Source of the DNA: an uncultured Candidatus Saccharibacteria bacterium | GTDB taxonomy: Bacteria; Patescibacteriota; Doudnabacteria; UBA920 | Length of the DNA: 64,000 bases | Direction of reading: 5' to 3' | Assembly: GCA_964631145.1 (NCBI GenBank) | Contig: CAZVXT010000003.1 | Location: 2,750-66,749 of the forward strand | Shown: positions 10,256 through 21,644 of the stretch, piece by piece | How the letters are laid out: each line of letters opens with the position of its first letter | How positions within the stretch are numbered: position 1 is the first letter of the stretch | Translations under genes and position numbers: made by a program | The notes under the pieces: generated by a model | Database searches by the model: none | What the model was told of the DNA's origin: nothing | Seen by the model: only the letters and a program-made list of their open reading frames with translations

Positions 10256-11068
10256 ATGAAAAAATACTTTACAACTATTTTAGTAATTCTCATAGCCATT
10301 TTTGTCGGAATTAAATTTTATCGAAATGAATTCCTAAACAATAAAAGCGATTTTGTATATCCAACTAATAATTGCGTAGATTTTTTTACTTTCACAGATC
10401 GTGTTCATTCATTTATTCCAAATAGTGACTTGTCTTTAAGGCAATCTGGGGTGTTTACCTTTAAACGTAAATCCATGGAACCATATATATTGTATAAGTC
10501 AACTGATAATCAAGATATTACCATAAACAATTCGAATTTGGACGAAGTTTTGGCTAAAATTAATAATCGAGTTTCTGAATTAAAAGAATTAGGTTTTGAA
10601 CGAGATGTGTCTCAGGATGGATCACACCAAGCAGATTTAGCTCAGCCTTATAAAGCAAAATTATTCGGCTTTAAAAAGGATAATGACCATTACATGTTAA
10701 TCGTTGATAATATTGCAAGTGGTAACGCTGATGTAATTAAAGTAACTACACAGTGTGGTCGTCCAAATCTAGAAGACGATATGATCTTGGATAAAATAAT
10801 TCCTTTAATTAAAGATGCAAATAATCAATTGATTGGACCAGTGTCTGTTGTAGAAGGCTTATATACAGTAGGATTACACGCAGGATATAGTGGCGGTGGC
10901 GGTGTTATGGAATATTGGGTTAAAAACGGAGAAGATTTTCGTAAAATTTTGACTAGTCAAGATTATCCGCCTTGTGATTTATTGCAAAAAGAAAAAGTAG
11001 GTAAGGGCTTAGAGTGTTTATATTATAATGATAAGCAGTCTGCTGAAATCCAAAAAGTAAATTATTAA
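10256..11068 (+). CDS. Hypothetical secreted or membrane-anchored protein.
   Basis: N-terminal hydrophobic helix; no motif. Confidence 0.45.
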   Translation: MKKYFTTILVILIAIFVGIKFYRNEFLNNKSDFVYPTNNCVDFFTFTDRVHSFIPNSDLSLRQSGVFTFKRKSMEPYILYKSTDNQDITINNSNLDEVLAKINNRVSELKELGFERDVSQDGSHQADLAQPYKAKLFGFKKDNDHYMLIVDNIASGNADVIKVTTQCGRPNLEDDMILDKIIPLIKDANNQLIGPVSVVEGLYTVGLHAGYSGGGGVMEYWVKNGEDFRKILTSQDYPPCDLLQKEKVGKGLECLYYNDKQSAEIQKVNY

Positions 11069-11123
11069 TTTTTCTCTGAAGTAATACATAGATTTAATTG
11101 AAGAGAAATTTGAAAGGAAATTT

Positions 11124-11699
11124 ATGCCTTTAGTACCAATGGTTATAGAAAAGTCTCCGATGGGTGAACGCGCTTATGATATTTATAGTCGTTTGCTCAA
11201 AGAGCGTATAATTTTTTTGGGAGAACCAATCGATGATACAGTAGCAAATACTTTAATTGCTCAATTATTATTTTTGGATGCAGAAAATAGTAAAGAAGAT
11301 ATTAAGATTTATATAAATTCTCCTGGAGGTAGCGTAACATCTGCTATGGCAATGTATGATACTATCCAACACGTCAAAGCTGATGTTGCAACTATCTGTG
11401 TTGGACAAGCAGCTTCGGCAGGAGCGGTGCTTCTTGCTGCCGGAACTAAGGGAAAGCGTTTTGCTCTTCCTAATGCTCGTATTATGATTCATCAGGTTAT
11501 GGGTGGTGTAGAAGGACAGCAAACTGATGTAGAAATTCAGGCAAAAGAAATGCGTCGTATGAAAGATCAGTTAAATCAGATTCTAGCTAAGCATACTGGG
11601 CAATCTATAAAAAAAATCGAACAAGATACCGACCGCGATTATTTTATGACTCCTGATGAAGCTAAGAAATACGGACTAATTGATAAAATTATTCAGTAA
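11124..11699 (+). CDS. clpP: ATP-dependent Clp protease proteolytic subunit.
   Basis: [19 protein letters not shown] with the Ser/His/Asp triad context; 191 aa. Confidence 0.9.
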   Translation: MPLVPMVIEKSPMGERAYDIYSRLLKERIIFLGEPIDDTVANTLIAQLLFLDAENSKEDIKIYINSPGGSVTSAMAMYDTIQHVKADVATICVGQAASAGAVLLAAGTKGKRFALPNARIMIHQVMGGVEGQQTDVEIQAKEMRRMKDQLNQILAKHTGQSIKKIEQDTDRDYFMTPDEAKKYGLIDKIIQ

Positions 11700-11702
11700 T
11701 AC

Positions 11703-11737
11703 TAAAAAGACTTTCAAATTTGAAAGTCTTTTTAAAA
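11703..11737 (+). terminator. clpP terminator.
   Basis: aaagactttcaaatttgaaagtcttt followed by a T-run. Confidence 0.7.
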
Positions 11738-11748
11738 TAGTTATCATC

Positions 11749-11777
11749 TTGACATCATCTAAAATATTAGATAATAT
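11749..11777 (+). promoter_or_regulatory. Sigma70-like promoter.
   Basis: TTGACA, 17-nt spacer, TAATAT. Confidence 0.5.
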
Positions 11778-12005
11778 GTAACGTTGCGGCAATTGTGCCG
11801 TCATAATAATTAACTAGCAAATAATAAAAATGCTAAAAGTATATTCAAAATTACATCACTTAGGCATTGAAAATACCGCTTTTGGTATCAGTTTTTTGCT
11901 GTGTTTATAATCGTTTTTTGAAATAAAAAACCAATATAAACTTCGGCAAAATGCCGGAGTTTTGTTATCCTAGATAGAAATTTCTAGAAAAAAATAGGAG
12001 GAAAT

Positions 12006-13772
12006 ATGAATTATACAAAACAGACTCTCAATCATTTTTGGATTGCAGCGATGAAGTATAAAAAATCAGTGATCATCATTATGAGCGGAGTGCTCATGTT
12101 TACCATGATAGATTTGGTTCGTCCATTCTTCATGAAATTGATGTATGATGCAATGATTAAATATACAACTTACGATAGCGAGGTTTTAATTTTGTTTTGC
12201 ATTTTTCTTGGATCAGGATGGTTGAGAATGATTTTCAATCGGATTACCGAAAGAGAAAATCATTTTTTTCAGCCTCGGGTCATTGCAGATTTAATTAATT
12301 CTAGCTTCGCATATCTTATTATGCACTCGCGGCAGTTTTATGCTGACAACTATGTCGGCGGATTACAGTCTAAAGTTAAAAAATTTGCAGGTGCATTTGA
12401 ATTAATGGCTGATCAAATCAGCTTTGATCTTTTTAGATCAGTGTTCTTATTAATCTTGCTTAATGTATTAACTTACGCTTGGAATACAACCTATGGGTTT
12501 ATTGTATCTGGTTGGTTGGTTTTTTACTTGTGGTTTACTTACAAATTTGCAATGAAAAAATTTCCGCACGATGAAGCAAATGCAACTCAAGATAGTTTGA
12601 TCAATGCTAAGCTTTCTGATGCTTTTGCAAATCATAATGTTATCAGAATGTTTGCTGCAGAAGCACGAGAAAAAAATAACTTTACTTCTTATACAGATAA
12701 GCTTTTTGAACTAAAAAGAAAAGCTTGGCGTATGGGGTGGATAGCAAATATTTATCAAGGTATTTCCATGTCAATCTTAGAAGTCATTGCTATGGGTTAT
12801 GCAATTCATCTGTATTATAGTCATTCTATGACAATGGGCGACGTGATCTTTTTGCAAAGTTATTTGGGTCGTATTTTTGACAACACTTGGGGGATGGGAC
12901 GTTACATCAGGCAAATTTATGAAAAAATTGCTGATGCAAACGAACTAACCGAAAAGTTAGAATCTCCACATGAAGTGGTAGATGCCAAAAATGCTCAACC
13001 ATTAGTTGTAAAAAATGCAGAAATTGAGTTTCGTAATGTAGTGCATTACTACCATAAAGATAATCCTGTTATAAATGGGCTAAGTTTAAAAATCCCTGCA
13101 GGAAGTAAAGTTGCTTTTGTCGGTTCTTCTGGAGCTGGAAAAACAACTTTAGTTAATGCCTTACATCGAGAGTTTGATATTATCTCTGGGGAGATTTTGA
13201 TAGATAATCAAGATATTTCTCAGGTGACAATAGAAAGCTTAAGAAGTAATATTGATATTATTCCGCAAGACACTAATTTATTTGCAGGGACTATTGCTTA
13301 CAATATTTGCTATGGTAATCCTAATGCAAGTTATGATGAAATGATTAACGCTGCCAAACTGGCTTACTGTGATGATTTCATTCAAAAATTGCCAAACAAA
13401 TATGACACCTTAGTAGGAGAGCGTGGAATTAAATTGTCGGGTGGACAAAGGCAAAGAGTTTCAATTGCTAGAGCCATCTTAAGTAATGCTCCGATTTTAA
13501 TTTTGGACGAAGCAACTTCAAGTTTAGATTCTGCGTCAGAATATATGATTCAGAAGTCTTTGCATCAGTTAATGCTAAATCGAACAACAATAGTTATTGC
13601 TCATCGGTTGTCCACAATCAAGGAAGCAGATTTAATTTGTGTTATAGAACATGGGCAAGTGGTAGAAATTGGCAGTCACCAAAAGTTAATAAACAAAGCT
13701 GCAAAATATGCTCAGCTTTGGGAAATTCAGGTAGGAGGATTTGAAAATAAAGATATAGCTCAATGTGCTTAA
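12006..13772 (+). CDS. ABC exporter with fused permease and ATPase (MsbA-like).
   Basis: Six TM helices; Walker A GSSGAGKTT; signature LSGGQRQR; Walker B ILILDEATS. Confidence 0.85.
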   Translation: MNYTKQTLNHFWIAAMKYKKSVIIIMSGVLMFTMIDLVRPFFMKLMYDAMIKYTTYDSEVLILFCIFLGSGWLRMIFNRITERENHFFQPRVIADLINSSFAYLIMHSRQFYADNYVGGLQSKVKKFAGAFELMADQISFDLFRSVFLLILLNVLTYAWNTTYGFIVSGWLVFYLWFTYKFAMKKFPHDEANATQDSLINAKLSDAFANHNVIRMFAAEAREKNNFTSYTDKLFELKRKAWRMGWIANIYQGISMSILEVIAMGYAIHLYYSHSMTMGDVIFLQSYLGRIFDNTWGMGRYIRQIYEKIADANELTEKLESPHEVVDAKNAQPLVVKNAEIEFRNVVHYYHKDNPVINGLSLKIPAGSKVAFVGSSGAGKTTLVNALHREFDIISGEILIDNQDISQVTIESLRSNIDIIPQDTNLFAGTIAYNICYGNPNASYDEMINAAKLAYCDDFIQKLPNKYDTLVGERGIKLSGGQRQRVSIARAILSNAPILILDEATSSLDSASEYMIQKSLHQLMLNRTTIVIAHRLSTIKEADLICVIEHGQVVEIGSHQKLINKAAKYAQLWEIQVGGFENKDIAQCA

Positions 13773-13780
13773 TCTAAATA

Positions 13781-13808
13781 GCGTTCAGTAAAATGAACGC
13801 TTTTTTGT
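13781..13808 (+). terminator. Rho-independent terminator.
   Basis: agcgttca-gtaaaa-tgaacgct followed by T6. Confidence 0.65.
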
Positions 13809-13860
13809 ATTCAAAAAACAACTCAGATTGTTTATAATAAGGTATAGTCAGAGTATAAAA

Positions 13861-14490
13861 ATGTTTGATAAAAATAACTTTACAATTGTTGATGTGGAAA
13901 CAACTGGAGCAAATGCCTATTTTGGTCGGGTTATTGAAATTGGCTTGCTAAGGGTAGAAAAAGGAGAAGTTGTAGAAACATATCAAACTTTATTAAATCC
14001 AGATCAACCTCTCCCAGAGTTTATTACAAAGATAACAGGGATAGAAGATTATGAGCTTATCAATCAGCCAAGATTTGAAGATATTGCTGAAGATTTGTTG
14101 GCTAAGTTTGAAGATGCGATATTTGTAGCTCATAATGCACAGTTTGATTATAGTTTTTTGAAGGAAGAGTTTAGAAGGGTCGGGCTGGCTTTTAATCTGG
14201 ATAGGTTGTGTACCGTAAAATTATCACGAGCTGTTTTTAAAAATTATAAGCGGCATAACTTAACTGAAATTATCGAGCGCCATGGCTTTATTTGTGAAAA
14301 TCGTCATCGTGCTTTTGATGATGCAAAGGTCTTATGGGATTTGATGCAGTTAATCCAAAAAGAAACAGAACCGCAGGCATTGCAAAAAATATACACTCAA
14401 TTGCTCACAAAAAGCCGTACCAAGAAAAAGGTAAATACAACAAATGAACTTACTTACGAAACTGATTCCGGAGAAATCATAGAAATATAA
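13861..14490 (+). CDS. DnaQ-like 3'-5' exonuclease (DNA polymerase III epsilon family).
   Basis: Exo I FTIVDVETTG, Exo II HNAQFDYSFL, Exo III HRAFDDA. Start trimmed to MFDKNNF. Confidence 0.8.
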   Translation: MFDKNNFTIVDVETTGANAYFGRVIEIGLLRVEKGEVVETYQTLLNPDQPLPEFITKITGIEDYELINQPRFEDIAEDLLAKFEDAIFVAHNAQFDYSFLKEEFRRVGLAFNLDRLCTVKLSRAVFKNYKRHNLTEIIERHGFICENRHRAFDDAKVLWDLMQLIQKETEPQALQKIYTQLLTKSRTKKKVNTTNELTYETDSGEIIEI

Positions 14491-14519
14491 TCTCAAAATA
14501 TTATAAGATTTATAAAAAA

Positions 14520-14552
14520 TAAAAGCCCGCTAATATGTAGCGGGTTGTTTTT
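14520..14552. terminator. Bidirectional terminator.
   Basis: aaagcccgct-aatatgt-agcgggtt followed by a T-run. Confidence 0.65.
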
Positions 14553-15376
14553 TAGCCAAAGCCAAAGTTACTAAATGTTTGTTCTGCTCCTTCATGGCAT
14601 AGACGGTCAAATAGATTTTTGAAATCTTCAAATTTAACTATATAAGGATGAAAATTATCTGCACTGGGTATTTTTAACTCGAGCAATTCCTCGTCTATGA
14701 TTATAATTGGGAAAAAGCCAAACCTGGTTTTTCTTTTTTCGTATAATTCTGTAAAAAACTCTAAAGTATTTTGATTATATTTAACAATTAAACTTGCAAT
14801 TGATAACCAAGATTTTTTGCCCGTAATAATTTGTATAGCTTCTCCTTCATTTACATGAAGTGTTGGGTTATCTTCTTTTGTGAAATTATTATCTATTTCT
14901 TTGGGGCAATTGACGCAAAGATGCACGTTGGTGCTTGCGAGCAGGATATTTTGTTGCAATGCATTTTTGTTATTTTCTGAAATCCAATCATATTTTTCAA
15001 ATTCTTTTGGAACTGAGCTGTATAATTTAACTATCAAAAATTTAACATTATTATAACTTTTGACTAATTCTTCTTTAACTTTTGTATGTTGGTCTAGTAA
15101 AAATTTTAAACTGTCTATATACTGATGTTTTGTATCATATATCTTGTATTCTACCGGCACTACTATTATCAAACTTTCGTATCTCTTCCAATATTCAATT
15201 TTATCTTCCTTACTATTTAGCTGTTTGATGGTAGTAAGAATATTAACAAAGTTATAATCTGCTTCGATGATTTGTTTTTCTTGATCTTCGACTAAGCTAA
15301 TCAGATTTTTTTTGACTTTACTGCGGTCTGATTTATTTCCAATAATTAAATATTGGTTTTGTAAATTTTTTGACAT
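14552..15376 (-). CDS. Hypothetical protein.
   Basis: 274-aa ORF with a CxxC pair (CVNCPKE); no family recognised. Confidence 0.45.
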   Translation of the reverse strand: MSKNLQNQYLIIGNKSDRSKVKKNLISLVEDQEKQIIEADYNFVNILTTIKQLNSKEDKIEYWKRYESLIIVVPVEYKIYDTKHQYIDSLKFLLDQHTKVKEELVKSYNNVKFLIVKLYSSVPKEFEKYDWISENNKNALQQNILLASTNVHLCVNCPKEIDNNFTKEDNPTLHVNEGEAIQIITGKKSWLSIASLIVKYNQNTLEFFTELYEKRKTRFGFFPIIIIDEELLELKIPSADNFHPYIVKFEDFKNLFDRLCHEGAEQTFSNFGFG

Positions 15377-15443
15377 ATTTATCCTCCTAATTTTTATTAT
15401 ATTTGAGTATACTAAAGACAGATTAATTGGTCAATTTAGATTT

Positions 15444-16058
15444 ATGTCAAAGCAAGCATTAAACCATTTTCAAAAGCATGATCCAGTGTTAGCAAAATTG
15501 GTTAAAGGTTTGGGAGAATTGCCTAAGTCAAGAAAGCTACGTAGTAGGTTAGAGTATTTGGTTGAAGCGATTATTTCTCAGCAGTTATCTGTTAAAGCTT
15601 CGGATACAATTTATAAAAGATTTCTAGGTTTATTTCCTAAAAGTAAATTTCCAAAGCCAGAGCAGATTTTAAAACTAAAAACACAACAATTGCGAGCTGT
15701 CGGTATCTCTAACCAAAAAGCAACATATATTTTTGATTTGGCAGAAAAAGTAGTAAACAAGAAAATAAATTTGCGCACATTGCATACTCTCTCAGACGAA
15801 GAAGTTATTCAAACTCTTATTCAGGTTAAAGGAATAGGGAGGTGGACAGCGGAAATGTTTTTGATGTTTAGTTTACAGAGACCAGATATATTTTCTGTTG
15901 GCGATTTGGGCTTGAAAAACGCAATAATCAGATTGTATGGATTGAAACAACCATTAACGGAAAAACAGCTCCATAATTTAGTTAAAAAATGGTCACCTTA
16001 TAAGACGATCGCCTCACGTTATTTATGGAAGAGCTTAAACAATGAGCCAGCAAAATAA
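15444..16058 (+). CDS. HhH-GPD DNA glycosylase (AlkA / 3-methyladenine glycosylase II-like).
   Basis: IISQQLSVKA ... VKGIGRWTAEMFLMF ... D (helix-hairpin-helix followed by G/P-rich loop and Asp). Start trimmed to MSKQALNHF. Confidence 0.7.
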   Translation: MSKQALNHFQKHDPVLAKLVKGLGELPKSRKLRSRLEYLVEAIISQQLSVKASDTIYKRFLGLFPKSKFPKPEQILKLKTQQLRAVGISNQKATYIFDLAEKVVNKKINLRTLHTLSDEEVIQTLIQVKGIGRWTAEMFLMFSLQRPDIFSVGDLGLKNAIIRLYGLKQPLTEKQLHNLVKKWSPYKTIASRYLWKSLNNEPAK

Positions 16059-16088
16059 AAATGCCAAGAATATTCTTGGCATTAATTT

Positions 16089-16502
16089 TTAGCAGTTGGC
16101 TGCTAATGATATCTCCGTTAAGTTTTCAATTGATAATTCAATGTCAATAAGCGCAGTGTTTTTGGTTTTTACAAAGTTGGCTTCTATGATCAAATGTGGG
16201 TTTATATCTTTTACAAATTCTATATCATCCCATAAGGTAAAACCTAGATTTATTCTATAAAATGTATAAAAGAATTTTTCTTGATCTAAGACCAAAATTT
16301 GACCGTGAACATAGTCGGCAGTAATAGCTTCATTTTCAATAATATATTGATAATAGTCTGGGCGACAGAGTATGAGCTTGTATTGCTGACTGCCAAACTT
16401 ATATAGTAAGTCTGACCAGCGAACTTTATTTTTTAGCTTGCATTGCAAGCTTAACCAGGTTTTTATTAGCTTTGAATTATTGATGTAATAATAGAGTTGC
16501 AT
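16089..16502 (-). CDS. Hypothetical protein.
   Basis: ORF only. Confidence 0.35.
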   Translation of the reverse strand: MQLYYYINNSKLIKTWLSLQCKLKNKVRWSDLLYKFGSQQYKLILCRPDYYQYIIENEAITADYVHGQILVLDQEKFFYTFYRINLGFTLWDDIEFVKDINPHLIIEANFVKTKNTALIDIELSIENLTEISLAANC

Positions 16503-16569
16503 GTTTCCTCCAAAACAATTTAGAAAAATATTGTATCTTACTCTCAGTATTTTGACAATGCCAAAATAA

Positions 16570-16595
16570 AAAACTGCTTTTCATAAAGCAGTGTG
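16570..16595 (-). terminator. Rho-independent terminator for the minus-strand gene 16600..17046.
   Basis: On the minus strand: actgcttt-atgaaa-agcagt followed by a T-run. Confidence 0.55.
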
Positions 16596-16599
16596 TTAT

Positions 16600-17046
16600 T
16601 TATATAGTATTGATAGGGTTATTTTTATTATCCAATACTGATAATACTCCTATTAAGTATTCTTGAGTTGGCTCATATTGCAATGTGAGATCTAGCCAGT
16701 ATTTTTGAGTATGCTCCCATATTGATTTTCTCAGCAAAGAGAAAGTCGTGTATTCTGAGAGTCCAGATTTGAAGTTTTGTGACAATAGTTCATTAATTCT
16801 ATTATTAGTAATTTTTGAAGAGATAACAATTTGTTTATAATTCTCCGAATGAAGGTTTGTTCTAAAATTTCTGTTAGAGATAAACAAATTGTTAATGCCA
16901 TTTAATTTTATGCTTTTATCAATGGTCAGATGATATTCGTATTCAAACCAATTGAGCATTGATTTGGATTTTACCATCTCCATTAATTTTGTAATAGCCA
17001 ATCTGTTTTCAGCATGTTGAAAGATCCCATGTAAAATTAAGCTCAT
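16600..17046 (-). CDS. Hypothetical protein.
   Basis: ORF only. Confidence 0.35.
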   Translation of the reverse strand: MSLILHGIFQHAENRLAITKLMEMVKSKSMLNWFEYEYHLTIDKSIKLNGINNLFISNRNFRTNLHSENYKQIVISSKITNNRINELLSQNFKSGLSEYTTFSLLRKSIWEHTQKYWLDLTLQYEPTQEYLIGVLSVLDNKNNPINTI

Positions 17047-17145
17047 AATTTCCTCCTTAACCGTGTATTTTGCCAGATAAATCGCGTTTGGACAAGTCTT
17101 ACAAAAATTAGCTTAATTTTGTGAAATTTTTTTAAAAAAACTCTT

Positions 17146-17175
17146 GACAAGTATCTATTTAACCATTAATATATT
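17146..17175 (+). promoter_or_regulatory. Consensus sigma70 promoter, probably the 16S rRNA promoter with a roughly 520-nt leader.
   Basis: TTGACA, 17-nt spacer, TAATAT. Confidence 0.55.
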
Positions 17176-17695
17176 TAAGGATTTAATTATCCACAAATTA
17201 AGGAGACTTTAAAAGACATACACCTCAATTTCAGCTAGATGTATCCAGAATTTTTTTGGAGATTATCTAGGTTCAAATTTATAGATATTTTATAGATTTG
17301 AGAAATGAGCACTACAAAGGCTACTTTGGGTGTTTTTTATTCTCCCAATTGTACTTTGACAACTTCATAGTGATTGAAATGTGTACGAAATTGTAGAACA
17401 GAAATTCTCTTGTAGAATTTCTCACAATATTAGTCGCCCATTATAAACAAGAGATCTATTGGATTTAGAGTTTGTATGGGAAATTGATTACGTCAAGTTT
17501 TTTGAGATAAATACTTCAAGCTTTGATAGTTAGCTTTAAATAAACTATCGCCAGTTCTCATGAGCACTATTCGCACGGTAGCAAATAGTGTGAGGACAAA
17601 CTCAGAACACATAGTTAAATTGTGTTAGCATAACCGAAACAAATCTGGCTTTGCCAGTTTGTTGAGGGGGGGCTGTCGCGAATAATTTCGCGACC

Positions 17696-19156
<1,461 letters not shown>

Positions 19157-19167
<11 letters not shown>

Positions 19168-19343
19168 TAAGGAATATTTCGCTTCTTGTTCGTTTTTCGA
19201 AACAGCAAGTGCGACAATAAAGCTAGTTTGTTTTAAACAAACAGCTCCGTTGGTCGTCGTTAATTTTTCCGAAAATTAGCGCATCTTTCAAAAGACTTGT
19301 AGTCGGTTCATTTCAGTCACTATGTAGTTGTGAAAAAATAAAA
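19157..19343 (+). repeat. Direct repeat copy 1 (attL-like); includes the last 12 nt of 16S plus 175 nt of trailer.
   Basis: Appears identical by hand alignment to 24074..24260. Confidence 0.8.
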
Positions 19344-19377
19344 GAACCTTTTTTCTAAAGCTAGAAGAAAGGTTTTT

Positions 19378-20343
19378 ATGTTTTTGGAAAATACCATAGA
19401 AACAAATACCAATGACGGAATTAAGCTTAACTCTGCTGGTGTCAAGTTAAGTGAATTACTTTCAGAGTTTCTGCAATATGCTCAGTACGAACTAATTTTT
19501 TCTACTCAAACACTTGCTAAATACAAGGAGTCGTTAGAATGGGTAATTCGGGACATTGGTGATATTGCCATAAATGAGTTAGATAGCAGTCATATTATAT
19601 TATTGAAGCAGAAAATTATGAACCGCGGTGCAGGAGAGTCTCGCGTTGCCTCAGTAGTTTTTGCTTTAAAAAGTTATTTAAAATTTATCAAAGAGTTTAA
19701 GCATTTAAAGGTTATGGACTATAAGAATATAAAGTCACCTAAGCGTAGTAGACGAGAGGTTATATTTTTAACTAATGAAGAAGTTCAGCAATTTATAGAT
19801 GCAATTAAAATTGACAACAAGTGTCGTAGAGGAAATAATAAGCAGCTTATAAATATGGATGGGTTAAGGTTTAGGGTCTTAGTCGAAGTTTTGCTAGGGA
19901 CAGGCATGCGCATCTCTGAAGCATTGAGTTTAAATGTTAGTAGTATAAACTTTGAAACATCTGAAGCGAAAATTATTGGTAAAGGTAATAAAGAGAGGGC
20001 TGTGTTTTTTAGCACCCGATGCTTAAAGTGGGTTAATTATTATTTAGAACAACGCTCGGATAATGAAGAGGCTTTATTTGTCACTAACCGTGGCACTCGT
20101 TTAAAGCGCGCAGATGTTAGTGGTTTCTTCCAGCGATATTCTAAGAAGGTTAACCTGTTAAAGAGAGTTACACCTCATATTTTACGTCACACCACTGCAA
20201 CCAACCTTTTGTTTAATGGTTGCCCTATTGTACATGTAAAAGAAATATTAGGTCATAATAGGCTAGAAACCACTTGTCGTTATTACTTAGGTGTAGATAA
20301 AAGAAGGGCAAAAGAAGCTCATGAGGCTTATTTAAGGTACTAA
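19378..20343 (+). CDS. Tyrosine recombinase / phage-type integrase.
   Basis: Box I TGMRISEAL; box II HILRHTTAT; catalytic LGHNRLETTCRYY tyrosine. Confidence 0.85.
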   Translation: MFLENTIETNTNDGIKLNSAGVKLSELLSEFLQYAQYELIFSTQTLAKYKESLEWVIRDIGDIAINELDSSHIILLKQKIMNRGAGESRVASVVFALKSYLKFIKEFKHLKVMDYKNIKSPKRSRREVIFLTNEEVQQFIDAIKIDNKCRRGNNKQLINMDGLRFRVLVEVLLGTGMRISEALSLNVSSINFETSEAKIIGKGNKERAVFFSTRCLKWVNYYLEQRSDNEEALFVTNRGTRLKRADVSGFFQRYSKKVNLLKRVTPHILRHTTATNLLFNGCPIVHVKEILGHNRLETTCRYYLGVDKRRAKEAHEAYLRY

Positions 20344-20533
20344 TAGTAATTTATTTAGCTTGAAATTGAATTTATTTGTACTATTTCACGACGTTTTTGC
20401 AATAAAAATAATATTATTTTGAAATAAATATCAGCGCGGGGGGGTAGGACGCGGGGTTTGGTCATTATTCTTCTTAAACATACTTTTAGTGCGCTAAGTT
20501 TTATTATTCAGAGCTGTATTGACAGGTGTACGT

Positions 20534-20562
20534 TTGACCAACCAAAATAATTTTGCTATAAT
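20534..20562 (+). promoter_or_regulatory. Sigma70-like promoter for the cargo genes.
   Basis: TTGACC, 17-nt spacer, TATAAT. Confidence 0.5.
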
Positions 20563-20612
20563 ACCTTCAAAGATACTTTCCGAAATTCATTGGAGTGAAA
20601 TTCATAAAATAA

Positions 20613-21224
20613 ATGACCATACAAACCAAAAAAATTAACACAAAATTAGTAAGAAATAATATCGACACACCTTTAGAAGTTTCTAGAAGTCTTTTTACTA
20701 CTGCGTTAGAAGAAAAATTATCAACTAGTTTTGGTTTGGCTAATTCAGATACCGTTGGTTTACCTCTGGGGAAGCATTTAATAACAGGTAGTACTTCCAT
20801 AGCGAGTTTAAACTCTAATTTAACTGGAGCTGTTGCTTTTCCAATTGATAGAGCGCCAGTATTATTTCCAGAAAGTATTGTAACTGAGTCTATTGTCACT
20901 GCTCCTGCATATTCATTTACTGATGATATGTTAGTAGTTATGTATGAGTCAATTGTTTCTCAGCAGTCTAATATTCTTTCTGGTACTTTGTGGGATGCAG
21001 AGGCTTTAAGCACAACTAAGCTTAAACTTGTAGAAGACGTTAACCTTTACTATAGTTTTAATTATGAAGGCTTAACATGGAAAGACTTCTTACCTCGCAT
21101 CACCCGGTTTGTAAAAGATGTCGTTAGAAATTTTAAAAAATTATTTGAGGTTGCAGTTTATTGGTTAAGCCATTTAGCAAAAATTTTCTTTGTTCAAAGC
21201 AAACCCACTGTATTATTGGCTTGA
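20613..21224 (+). CDS. Hypothetical protein (island cargo).
   Basis: 203-aa ORF downstream of a consensus promoter; no motif. Confidence 0.45.
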   Translation: MTIQTKKINTKLVRNNIDTPLEVSRSLFTTALEEKLSTSFGLANSDTVGLPLGKHLITGSTSIASLNSNLTGAVAFPIDRAPVLFPESIVTESIVTAPAYSFTDDMLVVMYESIVSQQSNILSGTLWDAEALSTTKLKLVEDVNLYYSFNYEGLTWKDFLPRITRFVKDVVRNFKKLFEVAVYWLSHLAKIFFVQSKPTVLLA

Positions 21225-21302
21225 TACGGAAATAAACACACCAATTAGTTGTATTTTTATGGTGTGTTTTTGTTTTGTATTAAATTATTAAATTTTAAAC
21301 CA

Positions 21303-21581
21303 ATGTCATTACATGTTACTTGTGTTAATAAACCAGACCGTTATAGTGAGCATGAACATATAACCCATATAGGTGGTTCTGGATGGCGAAAAACTCGAGA
21401 AGCTGTTGTCTATGAGATAAACAATAATATAAATTCTTATTACACTAAAGACCCATATACTGGACAAGTCGCTTGGGTTGGTGTAGTTAACCCCTCATAT
21501 GGAGACCCATATCTTCGAACTTATGCTGATGGAGACTGGAACGATAACTTGCTATCTCTTAATGAGTGTACCCTGTATTAA
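21303..21581 (+). CDS. Small conserved-looking protein, possibly DUF3892-like (recalled from memory, unverified).
   Basis: HEHITHIGGSGW ... REAVVYEI ... YLRTYADG ... DNLLSL pattern. Start trimmed to MSLHV. Confidence 0.4.
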   Translation: MSLHVTCVNKPDRYSEHEHITHIGGSGWRKTREAVVYEINNNINSYYTKDPYTGQVAWVGVVNPSYGDPYLRTYADGDWNDNLLSLNECTLY

Positions 21582-21644
21582 GGGTTTTATGGAATTGGCG
21601 CCCTATGTTTAAATGGGGCGCCTTCCCTATTAATTCAAACACTA

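Noticed and set aside
17676-17695. Perfect palindrome gtcgcgaataatttcgcgac just before the 16S 5' end.
   Set aside because: It is most simply part of the pre-16S processing stem.
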